Shown piece after piece: positions 48,930 through 62,044 of a DNA stretch of 64,000 bases. Position 1 is the stretch's first letter; each line of letters starts with the position of its first letter. This DNA comes from Convolutriloba macropyga (taxonomy: Eukaryota). The stretch covers positions 38,068,001 through 38,132,000 of the forward strand of contig NC_134471.1 of assembly GCF_964194025.1 (NCBI RefSeq), given 5' to 3'. The translations under genes and the position numbers were made by a program. Below the pieces are notes generated by a model. The model was not told the DNA's origin. It searched no databases and was given only the letters and a program-made list of their open reading frames with translations.

Positions 48930-49460
48930 CTCATCAGCAGGTCTCTGAGTTTTGATTAGTTTTCAGCGTCTAAAGGATGCGAAAATCTGACCACTTTTCG
49001 AAACTTGTTCGAAAGCAAATGTTGACAACTACGGATTAACTTCTATCTTGTCTAAACTTAGTAAAATTTTGGATAAGCTTATGTTAAAAAAAGTGTATAC
49101 AAATCTCTAGAAAATGAAAACTTACTCTGTTGTAAACAGCTTGAGTTTACGTCAAAATGTAGCCCAATTGATGCTCTAAATGAAATACAAAAAAGATTGG
49201 ACACTCAGAAGCTATATTCATGTGCATACTTTCAGACTTGAGAAAATCATTCGATAGAATCATTCGTGAGACTTCTGTTACAGCTTGAAAATTTTAGAAT
49301 TAGTGGGTTAACTTAGTGAATTAAATCCTTTCTATTAGGTTGAGGACAATTTGTCGATATAAACAATGCTCGATCCGATTTTGGACTATTAACTTGTGGC
49401 GTACCACAAGCGTCAATTCTTGGACTTCTCTCTTTCATGATAATTTTAAACGACTTATTG
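48930..49460 (+). mobile_element. Highly decayed LINE RT fragment (CR1/Jockey superclade)
   Basis: DNYGLTSILSKLSKILDKL, DL.KSFD, CGVPQASILG..F.I.LND. Confidence 0.7.
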
Positions 49461-51244
49461 TTTTTTGGCTTTGGATATCTATTTTTTTCCCAGGTTGATC
49501 AAACAATTAGAAGCAAATGACTTTAAAAATTTAGTCTCCCAACTATTTTTCTCTCAACTGCGCTTGATGTTTTTCAAATGGTGGTTTCACACTATGAATC
49601 TTTTAAAAATTGCTAGTGCTAGGAAATTTTTCGATATCTACTCCCTTAAACTTCTAAAATTTGGAATTAGGCCAGTATTTGAAAAACGTTCTTGGGAGGC
49701 TACAAATAGAATGTTTGTAAGACGGCAAGCGTGGCAAATACAAGAAATCCTGGTCTTTGGAATCGAAAATCCTGCTCGTTAAAGAAGAATTGAAACAATA
49801 TATTTTCTCAAATCCAAAGGAAAATATGTATCTCTCTCCAGGTGTTTTGAAGGTCAACACGTGATTGCATTTTTAAAAGAAAACAGAAAACTAATGAATG
49901 AAAGTTGTGTCTGTAAATTTTTTAGTTTCTATGTTCTGTGTTTCTGTTACCTCAATAAGAAGGATATTAATCCAATTGAGATTCCTCTCTGAAGTCTGAC
50001 AAGAAACATTGGGATTTTGTATTGTCTTTGTTTTTGTCTTCGTATGATTCAGAAAAATAAATTTTTGTCTTACTTTATCTTAAATGAACTTTGATATATT
50101 AAAATTCTGATGAATATTCATCGAAAAAACATTAGAAAAAGTGGTCAACACTAAATATATAAATTTATGCGTCTCTCTTTTTATAGAGATTGTTGTCAGA
50201 AAAGGTGTATAGCCCCCGTCAATTATGGTAATCATAGCATATTGGAGGAGGGATGGGTGGGTACTATAATGGGAAAGACCCAAATCTTCAAAGACAACAT
50301 TCTCATCAGAAATCAGTAGCCTCTCAATGACCCCAAACTAAGTTCATTTGTTAGCATAATGTTGAGAACTCTTTGACCTTTAGAGACGAAGTTAAATTTG
50401 AACTCTACAGAACTGCTACTGATGTAAAAAGTTATCTTTGAACAATTGTCATAATTTTCTCTAGCAATCAACACCGATGTTCAAATTCCAAAGGTAAATG
50501 AGAAAAAAATATTGAAAATCGACGATATTCAAAACTGTCAACTGATGTATTTTCAGAAATAACCCAGTCAGCAACACAAATTTACCAACAATTGTAAATA
50601 GTAGTGTCGATAGAAGAAACCGTGTTCAAACTGGGATTGTGAGTAATACAAAAATCACGAAAGGGCTTTCATTTATCCAGGACAAGTACAATCAAAACTT
50701 AACTTCTCTACGGATGTCAGAGATCCTGAAAGAATAGAATTGAACAAACATCAGGCAATCCCGAGAGAAGGAAATTTTAATATTCTGTGACGCTATCACG
50801 AACAGAATAAATGATGAGCAAATTAGTCCCAATTGGGTAGCTAGAGGTTCTTGAGGACACAAGACCAAGGACTTTTTGGAGAAAATTAGAAACAGAAAGC
50901 CGAAAAAAATGAAACAGGAGTTTGTGTTTGAGGGGCCAGTGATTTCGATATCAATAAGGCAACCAGCAGCTATGAAAAAATGAATCACACCTGCACTGAC
51001 AAGTTTTCGCCTGAGGCACTGTCATTTTGTCAACTAGTTACTCATGGAAAAGTTGAAAAAAACTTTTGAACAATAATATACAAAAAATGGGAAAATAAGT
51101 CCAGAGATCTTAGATGACCCAAAGTTTCTGGGACTGAACAAAAATTTTCGGCAAAATCTGAATTATCTGCATACTGACAGTTTGCTTTTGTTTCGGACTT
51201 GGGAGTAAAAGTATCACTAAAACAGCTCAGAGCAGGCTGTAATG

Positions 51245-54200
51245 ATAACGGCATTGAAACTTCAATAGATGAAATAGGACAAGACCCAAATTTATTGCCT
51301 CGAATCGCAATCAACATAACAAAATGATCACGTTCTCAGAAAAAAAGATTCCAATATCTGAACAACACTCAAAGCTTTAGAAAATCATCAGTGTCATTGA
51401 ACATCATCTTGCTCAAAAAAAATTAACATAATCTAAAAATTCTCATACATAACTTTTTCATGGCATACAATTAGCGTTGATAAAAAGATATTAATTTTAA
51501 ATTATTTTGTTTTTTCTATAAAACTGGATGAAAACATTGAGAAAAACCGTTGTCTTTTGATAAGTTGCGACAATTTTTAGCAAATTTAAGATAATTTTAT
51601 TTAGTCTTTGCCAAAGTATAATGGAACTTTTATGTTTTGTCAGCTGAGCGCGCAAAATGTTCACAAAAAAAATTGTCAGATACGCACAATATTTTAAGAC
51701 ATAAGTTATAAGACACTTTTTGGTATCAAAAGGACACGTTTAAAACGATAAAAATAGTAATTGGAATTCTTTACATCAAACACGCACATTCTCTATAGAA
51801 TGGTTCGCGATATAAAAGTATCCGCTGTAGATAGGAGATGAGGTTGCACAATTTTTAAAGAAAATTTTTCACCAAAACTAAGAACTGATCTCAGGTTGTA
51901 TGAGTGATGAACAAACAAGTCAATTTGTTCATCACTCAAGAGAGTAGTTGCACCAAAATCGAACAATAAATTACCAATAAACATAAAATAAAATCCAAAC
52001 AAAAGCAATCAAAAAAATTTATTGATATATTGGCAATAAAATTTGACAGTGCTAAAAATTAAGGCCATTTTATCTGTATTTCGGATAATTTTAGCAAACT
52101 CTATTTGAGTAAACTAAAAAAAACTCTTGACACTCTCGTAATATTCTACGGTCAAAGCCCAAGCTGCTCATATTGTCCAAATTGAATCTGCAAAACAACT
52201 GAAACACACACGAGAGTTCTTTATCACGGATACGAAAAGTTTAGTGTTAGAATTCGTTAATAAACAACGCTTAAAACAGTTTACTTATGCTCGGTAGTGT
52301 AATAGTAACACAACATTTCAACAATAAATGAACGATTTTCAACTGTAATCGACTATATATACTTGAATTTTACATGATAATTAGAAAGATTCTGATGACG
52401 TTCAGAAAAATAGATAATACAAAAATTGAAAGTTATGCAAGAACAGAAGAAATGATTAAGTGGTCGCAATTTCAAAACCAAAACGAGAAAATCAAGCCCA
52501 GGAATTATTTGAAACTCTCCGAAGAATTCAATCACCCTAAAATGGGGTTGTAACCAACGATTCTCCTCAACGAAACCATCAGAAAATTCGTTTGGTCACA
52601 TTCTAACGCATGAATACAACATAGCTGTATACTTCTTTTACTTATTCGTTAACATGAATGTTTTAATTGGAGATGATGTAAAATTTTCTGATAAAAAATC
52701 TGCTTTTCAATTACGATCGTTCAGTTTTCACGAAAAAACCATGGGTTAAAACAATTAAGAAGGTGAGTCCGCGGAAAAACGATTGGACCATGCACTGCTC
52801 TGGTTCGTACAATTAAAGAGGGCGCTTAACTTTTTGTGCCTCATCTCACATACCTATCGTACCTATCGGACCAATGTGTCAACACTAACGTCTTTCAAAA
52901 ACAACTCAAAACTGCTGACGTCAAACCGCTTCACAGCGAGAAAATTCTTTACTTGTTGTATTTTTTCAACCCATATCTGTTACAAAAGTTTTTGTTAAAT
53001 ATTTTTAAAACATTTTGCATGTTGAGGTATCTTCACATCCAGGGAGAGGAAGAGAACAAATTTTAAAACCATTGCAAGTTAACCTTCGATCAAAATATTC
53101 GACTGTTGGAGCAGTGTCGTAATCAATAGATTCTGTCAGGAAGGCAATCGACTCCAAGGAGATAAATCAAAGTGTACATTTGGATATCTCAAAAAGGTTT
53201 GATTCAATATTACATCAATATATATACTCCGTGAACTTTGTTCAACTGGTTTTTTACTGCATTGAATGTGACTCACTTAAATTTTTCGTAAATCATGTTG
53301 TACGTTTGGGTCTCTCAAAAACGTTTGATTCAATATTGCATCAATATATACTCCATGAGTTTTATCAATTGGTTCTTCACTGCGTTGAATGTCATTCACA
53401 GAAACGTTTCGTTCACCAAAAACTTTTTCATGTACGTAAAATGAAGTTCAATCAAGCTGGTATGATGTAAAAAGAGGCGGGCTACAATGCACAGTACTAT
53501 TTATAACCTATTTCAATGATCTAATGCTAAATTTGACGAAAACAGCATTTTAGTCAAATATGCTGATGATTGTTTGATTTTTTTTGGCAAATCAATTGAA
53601 TGAAATTGCAAAGCCCTATCTAGAGCAACGGTGAGATTGAGAACTTTTTTCAACTCAAATGAGTAAATGTTAAATTCTACCAAATCCGCATACATTTGTT
53701 TAAGTAAATCTAATGATAAACGTCACAATTTATCGGAAACAATTCAACTGGACAACCAAAAAATAGAAATGAAAACCGGATGTAAATTACTCGGAATTTT
53801 ACATGACTGCGCCCTTCAAAATCTATAAAATTGCGTGCTATCGTTCTTTCTCAATTTCATGTAATTTTTTTTCTTTGGTAGCTATTCAACAATAACTTTT
53901 TTGATTCGTATATGAAAAAATTATTACATTATATTAAAATTCTGTTAATCTGGGATCTGAAATCTTTATTTTTTATTTATAAATGAGTAAAGGCATCGTT
54001 TGGACTGCGCTCATCCAAAATTTGTTTGAGGATTGATCAACGCATACGGTTAAAATCTTTTCTTTAGTTTTGAACACAAAGATTCAAATAGCCATCGAGC
54101 AATCAGTAGTCTCCTCAGCGTTAATTATCAAGTCCACAACGAGGAACTAATCATATCATTTTTCAAAACCACAAATTATCGTTATTTCTAGGGAAATCAA

Positions 54201-54300
54201 TTGTCAACCAAATGTTTTTGAATTGAAATTTCTTACAATATGCAATAAATTTTTTTAATCATACTAAAAATTCATTGACAAAGGTTTAACAAAATTTTTT
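51245..54300 (+). mobile_element. Decayed LINE (APE + RT) copy 1; possible ORF1 remnant upstream at about 50300-51245
   Basis: G.GVA-like APE remnant, LDISKRFDSILH, KYADD, KLLGI; homologous to 55751-60100. Confidence 0.6.
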
Positions 54301-54769
54301 ATAGCAGAGTCGAAAGATTGTTTTTTAACTTTTTATGTTTACACTTGTGAAGATTTCGACTTAAAAAAAAGAATTTTTTCTAAGCTGCAGACAAAAAACA
54401 AATAACACTAACTTGCAGACAAAAAAGAATTGTCAATTAAAAATAAATTTGATTTCAAAGACAAACATTTTCAGAGATTGCGTTCATCGTCAGGTTTTCT
54501 TCAAACCGATTAACAACCGAATCAAAATATTTACAAGTATATATACTTTGCTTGTCATTGAATATATCTATCGAACTCTACAAAATAACTTAATGAATAA
54601 AAAGTTAATTTTTTGTTCTAATTACATTTTTTTCTACATTAGTTACTCAAAAAAAAGTGAATACACATTTCCGGAGTTTTTAGAACTTCCGGGCGTTCCG
54701 TTTTCATTTCATGAAATGAAATTTTTACTCTTGTCTTTATCTATTTTTATCCTCCAGCTGCTGAGCTGC

Positions 54770-55750
54770 TGCCGTTGACAAACTTTCTTTCTATTTCAAA
54801 TAAGAAAGAAAAGTTTTTGACTTTTAGAAGTCAGGTTTACCTGCATTTGAACTAATACTTCAAGATCAGATAATAACGATGGTACTCTTCGCAGTTATTT
54901 AGTTGCAGTTTTTCAATTTTTGATGTATATCGCTTCATTTGTCATTAATTTTTAAATCCCAAGACATGTATCAACAGTGTCCCAATCAAAATTATGCGCA
55001 TAACCAGAACATTCAATGAGGTGCTGTCTCACAGGGCAATCTTTCTTTTAACGTTCCAAAATTTTAGTGACAATATGGCTGGTTTGATTATCATAGACGG
55101 AGTTGCATCTACTACATGTAACTCTACATAACGAATATGATTTCAAATCTCTATCAAAAAACAATTTCAGGGTGGGCAAGTTTAATTTTCTCGTTTTGAA
55201 ATTGATTTTGATATCGAACAATTTTTTTTCAGTCAACTCCGAAATTTTTGAGCTTTGTTTCCCGTGTATTGCATTAAAAAAACATCGTGTTAAGCTCATT
55301 TTTTTTTATTTGGGGGTTCTTAAATTTTTATTGAGGTTTTTAATTGCTTTGTTAATGTCTCACTAACAATACTGGAAGGCCACTCAGTTGGAGACTGGTT
55401 TTTGGACCAGATATTCCAATTTTCCTAAAAGCTACATCAAAATGTCGCAATTCTCCGTTTGCTCTAAAAGTTCTATTCGCGGTCACTTGAATAACAATTT
55501 TTTTGTGACAGGTTCACAGCTACGGAAAATTAATACTTTTTGGTATCAGTAGATTTTGGATGCCAATGACAGCTAATTTTTGTGTTCTTCTTTACCTTTA
55601 TGTTCAAATCTAAATACACCAGAATTCATTTACTCTCGGTTGGGTAAAGAGTGAATTCTAGGTTTTCGTGAAGAGAATTCGCACACTCAATGTACTCTAG
55701 AGGATTCCCCTTAAAAGTGCACACTATGTCATCCACGTGCATACGCTGTA
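54770..55750 (-). mobile_element. Penelope-like element 3' fragment (RT C-terminus + GIY-YIG) copy 1
   Basis: R.HVDD at about 55740, KSTDT...NFRSCEP, V.C..C.SVY..QT.H..TKI.E GIY-YIG-type remnant. Confidence 0.7.
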
Positions 55751-58700
55751 TTGAAAACGGCATTGAAATTTCACCATTTAAATTAAGTCCTCAATTCTAA
55801 TTCAACATAATGAAGTGATCATGCTCTCAGAAAAACGAATTTAAATATTTTGGCAGATATCAATGTTAAAACAAGTCATTATTGTCATAGAACATCATTG
55901 AGCTCAAACAAAAATTTATTTGATGTAAAAATGCTCATACAAAAACTTTTTCATTTAATATGTTAAGCTTCGAAAAAAAAAATGACTAAAGATCTTTTTT
56001 AGTGAAAAAATAGATGGAGACATTGAGAACAACCCCTTTCCCTTGATAAATTGCAATAATTTTATTATATTTTGCCAAAGTCTAATAGAATTCTCACACT
56101 TTGTCAACCAATCGCGGAAATTGTTCACACAAAACGTATTCAATTACGCACATGATTGTCAAACATAGGTTAGAACACAATTTCTGGCATCAGGATGACA
56201 TGTTGAAACACAATTGATAAAATAGTAGTTGGAATGGTTTTTTTCAGAAACGCATATTCTCTTTAGATTGATTCGCTGTAAAAAGTATCCGCTGGAGATA
56301 GGAGGCGATGTTGCACATTTTTTCCTAAAACTTATCACTAAAATACTAAAACTTATCACTATGTTTGACAGAAATACATATGAGTTTATCTTAGTGAAGA
56401 GCTAAGAGTAGTTCAAACCAAAACCGAATAAAAAATAACTAAGAAACATAAAATAAAACCCAAACAAAAGCAATCAAAATACTTTAATGATATATTGGCA
56501 CAAAATTTTGACAACTTTATAAATCGAGGTCTGTCTATATTTCGATGTTCATGATATAGACATAAAGAAGTGAATTAAAATAAATCATGACATTGTTGTC
56601 ACAACATACGGTCAAAACAGAAGCTGCTCATATTCCACAAGTAGAATTTGCAAGACACTTGAAACACAAACAAAGAATATTTTATCACGGATGCAAAAAC
56701 TTATTAGTAGAATTTGTAAATCACTCAACGTTTTAAACAGACGATTTATGCTCAGTTTTGGTTACAAACAGAAAAAGTAAAAAACAGAACCAAAAATTGC
56801 TTTTTTTGTTTGACAAAAGTAATTATCTGCCTGCAGTTATTAGAAAAAATTATCGAAGCAACCGAGGCCTTTTCTGTCTTCACATTTTGATGTTCGCTCT
56901 TCCTTCCCACTGCAAAACAATGCACTCTTAGAAAAAAGTTTCATTGCAAAGGAAAACCAACAAAGCGTTTCAAAAATAAAAAGACGAGTTTCAGTTATAA
57001 CCGACGATTAATTTATATCAAATTTACAATAAAATTAGAAAGATTCTTGCGACTTTCAGAAAGACAGATATCACAAAACTGAAAGTTATACAAGAATAGA
57101 ATAAAAGATTTGGTGAAATTTTGAACGCAAAACAAGAGAATCCAGGCCAGGAAGTATTTGAAACTCTCAGAAGAATTCAATCACCCTAATAAGAAGTTGC
57201 AACCGCAACTTCTTACCAACAAATGCATCAGAAAAACCGTTTGATAATATTTATTTAGTAGAATGTGGTCAAACGATTCATTTGTTAGAATGAATACAAC
57301 ATAGCTGTATACTTCATTTACTTGATCATTAACTTGTTCATAAACCTCAATGTTTATATTGGGGATGAAGTAAAACTTTCTGGTATAAAACCTAATTTTA
57401 AATTACAAATGTTCAATTTTCATAATTAAATCAAGGGTTTTGTGCTTAAAACAATTAAGAAGGTGAATCCGCGGAAATTCAATTGGACCATGCACTGCTC
57501 TGGTTCGTGCAATTAAAGAGGAGGCTTAATTATTTTGCCTCATCTCACATACCTATCAAGTCAACGTGTCAACACTAACTTTTTTCCAAAACAGCTCAAA
57601 ACTGCTGATGTCATACAGTTTTACAACGAGATTCTTTACACGTTGTATTCTTCCCGCCCACATCTGTAGCCAAAAGTTTTTGTTTTATAATTTTAAAACA
57701 TTTTGCATGATGAATTATCATCACATCCAGAAAGATTCTTGCGACTTTCAGAAAGACAGATATCACAAAACTGAAAGTTATACAAGAATAGAATAAAAGA
57801 TTTGGTGAAATTTTGAACGCAAAACAAGAGAATCCAGGCCAGGAAGTATTTGAAACTCTCAGAAGAATTCAATCACCCTAATAAGAAGTTGCAACCGCAA
57901 CTTCTTACCAACAAATGCATCAGAAAAACCGTTTGATAATATTTATTTAGTAGAATGTGGTCAAACGATTCATTTGTTAGAATGAATACAACATAGCTGT
58001 ATACTTCATTTACTTGATCATTAACTTGTTCATAAACCTCAATGTTTATATTGGGGATGAAGTAAAACTTTCTGGTATAAAACCTAATTTTAAATTACAA
58101 ATGTTCAATTTTCATAATTAAATCAAGGGTTTTGTGCTTAAAACAATTAAGAAGGTGAATCCGCGGAAATTCAATTGGACCATGCACTGCTCTGGTTCGT
58201 GCAATTAAAGAGGAGGCTTAATTATTTTGCCTCATCTCACATACCTATCAAGTCAACGTGTCAACACTAACTTTTTTCCAAAACAGCTCAAAACTGCTGA
58301 TGTCATACAGTTTTACAACGAGATTCTTTACACGTTGTATTCTTCCCGCCCACATCTGTAGCCAAAAGTTTTTGTTTCATAATTTTAAAACATTTTGCAT
58401 GATGAATTATCATCACATCCAGAGAGAGGAAGAGAACAAAATCTAAACCCATTGCAAGTTAGTCTTCGATCAAAATATTCTACTGTTGGCGCTTTGCCCT
58501 CTTCAATTGATTTTTTCAGGATAAATCAAGTTGTACGTTTGGATCTCTCAAAAACGTTTGATTCAAAATTGCATCAATATATACTCCATGAGTTTTATCT
58601 ATTGGTTCTTCACTGCGTTGAATGTCACTCACAGAAACGTTTCGTTCACCAAAAACTTTTTCATGTACGTATAAACGAAGTTTAAACAAGTTGTTATGTT

Positions 58701-60100
58701 GTAAACAGAGGAAACTCACAATGCACAGTGCAGGTTAAGTCCTGTTTATACTCTATGTCAATGATCTTAAGCAAACAATTGACGAAAATAGCATTTTTGT
58801 CCAATATGCTGGTGATTGCTTGTTATTTTCGGCAAACCAACTAAATGGAAATGAAAAAATTTATCTAGAGCAAAGTCTTGACTGAGAATTTCTTTCAGCT
58901 CACATGAAGTATTATTAATTTCTACCAAATCTTGTTGCATTTGTGTTTGCAAATCTAATCATGAATGTCGCATTTCATAGGAAACAATTCAACTGGAAAT
59001 CAAATTTTAGAAATGAAAACCGGATGCAAATACCTCGGAAGGAATTATACATGATTGTTACTTGAAATTGGAAAGCAAAGCAAGAAAGTTTTTATTAAAC
59101 TACGGCATATAGTGTCAAAATAATCAAAATAATTAGGAAGTTGCGCACGTCAAAAGCTATGAACTTTTTTGCATGCAATTGTTCTTTCTCCTTTTCATGT
59201 AAATTTTTTTTCATTGGTAGCAATTCAACAATAGCTTTTTTCATTGGCATATGAAAAAAATATATCATATATCATATTAAAATTCAGTTGAAGTGAGATC
59301 TGAAATCTGTATTTTCTGCTCATCAATGATTAAAGGCTTTGTCTGAACTGCGCTTATCAAAAAAGTTTGAGGGTTGATCAATGCTTTCGGTAAAAAGGGT
59401 TGATCAATGCTTTCGGTAAAACTTTAGTTTTGAACAAAAGATTTAAAAAATATCGAGCATTCTATAGTCTCCTCAGCGTTAATTATCTCATAAGTAATAG
59501 AACAAAACATATCGTTTTTCAAGACCACAAATCATTGGTATTTCTAGGAAAGTCAATTGTCCACCAAATATTTTTGATTTGAAACTTCTTACCATGCGCA
59601 ATGAGAAATGAAGAAGGTCACAGTTTATCGGAATCAATTCAACTGGACAACTAAAAAGGTAACATGAAAACTGCATTCAAATTACTTGACATTTTACATG
59701 AGTGTCATTTAAAACTTGAAAGCCAAGCAAAAAGGTTTTAACAAAGATTGGCATTAGGTATCAAAACAATCAAAACAATTAGAAATCTGCTTCCATCAAT
59801 AATATTGACATTTTAATGCATTCCAATTTTTTCTCACACAAATTAGTTGAGCATTGATCAACGCATTCGGTTAAAATATTTGCTCTAGTTTTGATTACCA
59901 AGATAACAAAAAAATATTCGAGCAATGTATAGTCTCCTCAGCGCCAATCATCACAAAAACATTAAAACCTATCATATTTTTTTCAAGACCATAGATCATC
60001 GTTTTTCTAGGAAACTCATTTGTTCACCAAATTTCCATGAATCGAAACTTCTTGCCATGTGCGATAAGAAACAATAAACAGATTGAAAATGCATTGACAA
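55751..60100 (+). mobile_element. Decayed LINE (APE + RT) copy 2
   Basis: Diverged duplicate of 51245-54300 (GGDVA, LDLSKTFDSKLH, QYAGD, KYLG). Confidence 0.6.
57037..58422. repeat. Near-perfect 692-bp tandem duplication
   Basis: 57037-57728 repeated at 57729-58420. Duplicated ORFs at 57566 and 58258. One mismatch seen. Confidence 0.95.
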
Positions 60101-60429
60101 AGTTTTTTTGAATTTTTTTTATAGCAGAGTCGAAAGATTGTCTTCTAACTTTTAATGTTTACACTTGAAAGGATTTCCATTTTAAAAAATTTATTATCAC
60201 TTAGCTGCAGACGAAATAAGACTTTGAATTCAAAACCAATTTAATTTAAAAAACGGACGTTGTTTTACATTTTTACAATTTACATTTTACATAAAAACAT
60301 TTTTTCACATTTATTACACCAAAAAAATAAAATCTTCATTCCGGAGGTTTTGAAATTCTCGGGTGTTTTATTTTCGTTTCTTAAACAGAAGGTTTTACTC
60401 TCGTTCCGATCTATGGATATCTTTCAGTT

Positions 60430-61200
60430 ATTGCGGTTGACAAACTTTTGATTTAACAGAATAATTTAAGAATTTCAAAAGTCATATCACGCCTCCGGTA
60501 CTCGTTGTGCGTGTTTAGTTGCGATTTTAATTTTTTGATGTTTATTGCTTTATTTGCCATTAGTTTTTCAACCCAATGACATATACCAACAATGTCCCAA
60601 TCAATATTATGCCCTTTACCACAAATTTCAACGAGGTGTTGTCCCACAGGGGAACCTTTCAGTTATGTTTCAAATTTTTAGTGGTTGCATGGTTTGTTTT
60701 GTCAACGTTGATGGAATGGCATCAGTTAAATAAAACTCTATACAACACATGTGATTTCAAATTCCTATCAAAATACAATATCAGGTTGGGCAAGTTAATT
60801 TTCTCGTTTTGAAAATGATTTGAATATCAAACAGTTTTTTCAGTCTGAAGATTTTGAGAGATGTCTACTTTTTATTGAATAAAAACATCGTTGTGAGCTC
60901 CTTTTTGTTGGGGTTTTTAATTATTTTGTAATCGTCTTTTTGGCAATACTGGAAGAACACTCGAATGAAGACTGGTTGTCAGTCCAGATATCCTATTGTT
61001 CTTATGAGCTACATCAAAATATTGCCAATCTACGTTTGATTTGAAAATCCTGTGTATAGTCCCATTAATGACATTTTTATGTTTTAACGGCTCACAGCTG
61101 CGGAAATTGAACATTTTGCTGGTATCAGTAGATTGGAACCAATGGCAGATATTTTTCTGTCATTGTTTACGTTTATGTTTAAATTGTGAAGGTCACACGT
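60430..61200 (-). mobile_element. Penelope-like element 3' fragment copy 2
   Basis: STDT..FNFRSCEPLKHKNVINGTIHRIF; GIY-YIG tail HLVEICG...DWDIV...E...IKKLKSQLNT; homologous to copy 1. Confidence 0.7.
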
Positions 61201-62044
61201 ATGTCAAATAAGATGTACTAAAAACCTCCGGTTTCAATGTTAATGATTTATTTTAAAACTTGATTTATGATACGATATATGGCTGATACATTGTTGATAG
61301 GCATCAGAACAGAAAATAGACCTTTCATTGAATAGAGCTCGGGCTTTGAAAAAAACCAATGAAACTAACATATCTCTATTGACTTGGTGAAGTTATCAAG
61401 ATGATAGAACTGATATTGGTATTGTGTACCAATCAAAGCGGGAATGAAGTTCATTCATTGAACACAAAACTTTTCTTCAACCTTAATCTACTTAATATTT
61501 TAATTTCTAACGTTTCATTTTAAACAAGTACAGTTAGCCGAAGACATAAACTAATGCAAACGGACGGCTATTATTGTGCCGCCAGAGATTAAAACTAAAT
61601 AGAGAACCACCACCAAATAGTTTTGACAACTGTGCTTGCTTCTAAACAGAATTTTTTTTTGAAAACCAATTTTTAACACTAGTCTGACGTCTTAACATTG
61701 CCAACCGAAAAAGAAATTTTGAACTGGTGTCGGAATTCAACAAGAAAAGCTGCCATTTGCGAACTTTCTAGTGAAAACTCCTTAAAATTTTGAAAAATGT
61801 GAGCTGGATCATACATGTTAATTCGATAAGAAAAATAGCGTTCAAAGTCAAGAATATCTGAATTCAACGTAATTCGACTCAAAAAATACCATTGAACGTC
61901 AATTTTTTTTGAATTTCTTTGAAATAAAAATTCAGCGTCAATAAAATTTAAGAGATGCTGAATTAGAGTGTAGAAAAATTGTTCGGGTTGCAAAAATTAT
62001 TATTGAAAGAGATTGAATAGCAGCATCTTTTAAATAAAACACAG

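Noticed and set aside
49465-50283. Short ORFs as host exons
   Set aside because: Low-complexity AT-rich translations with no recognisable domain or consistent splice structure.
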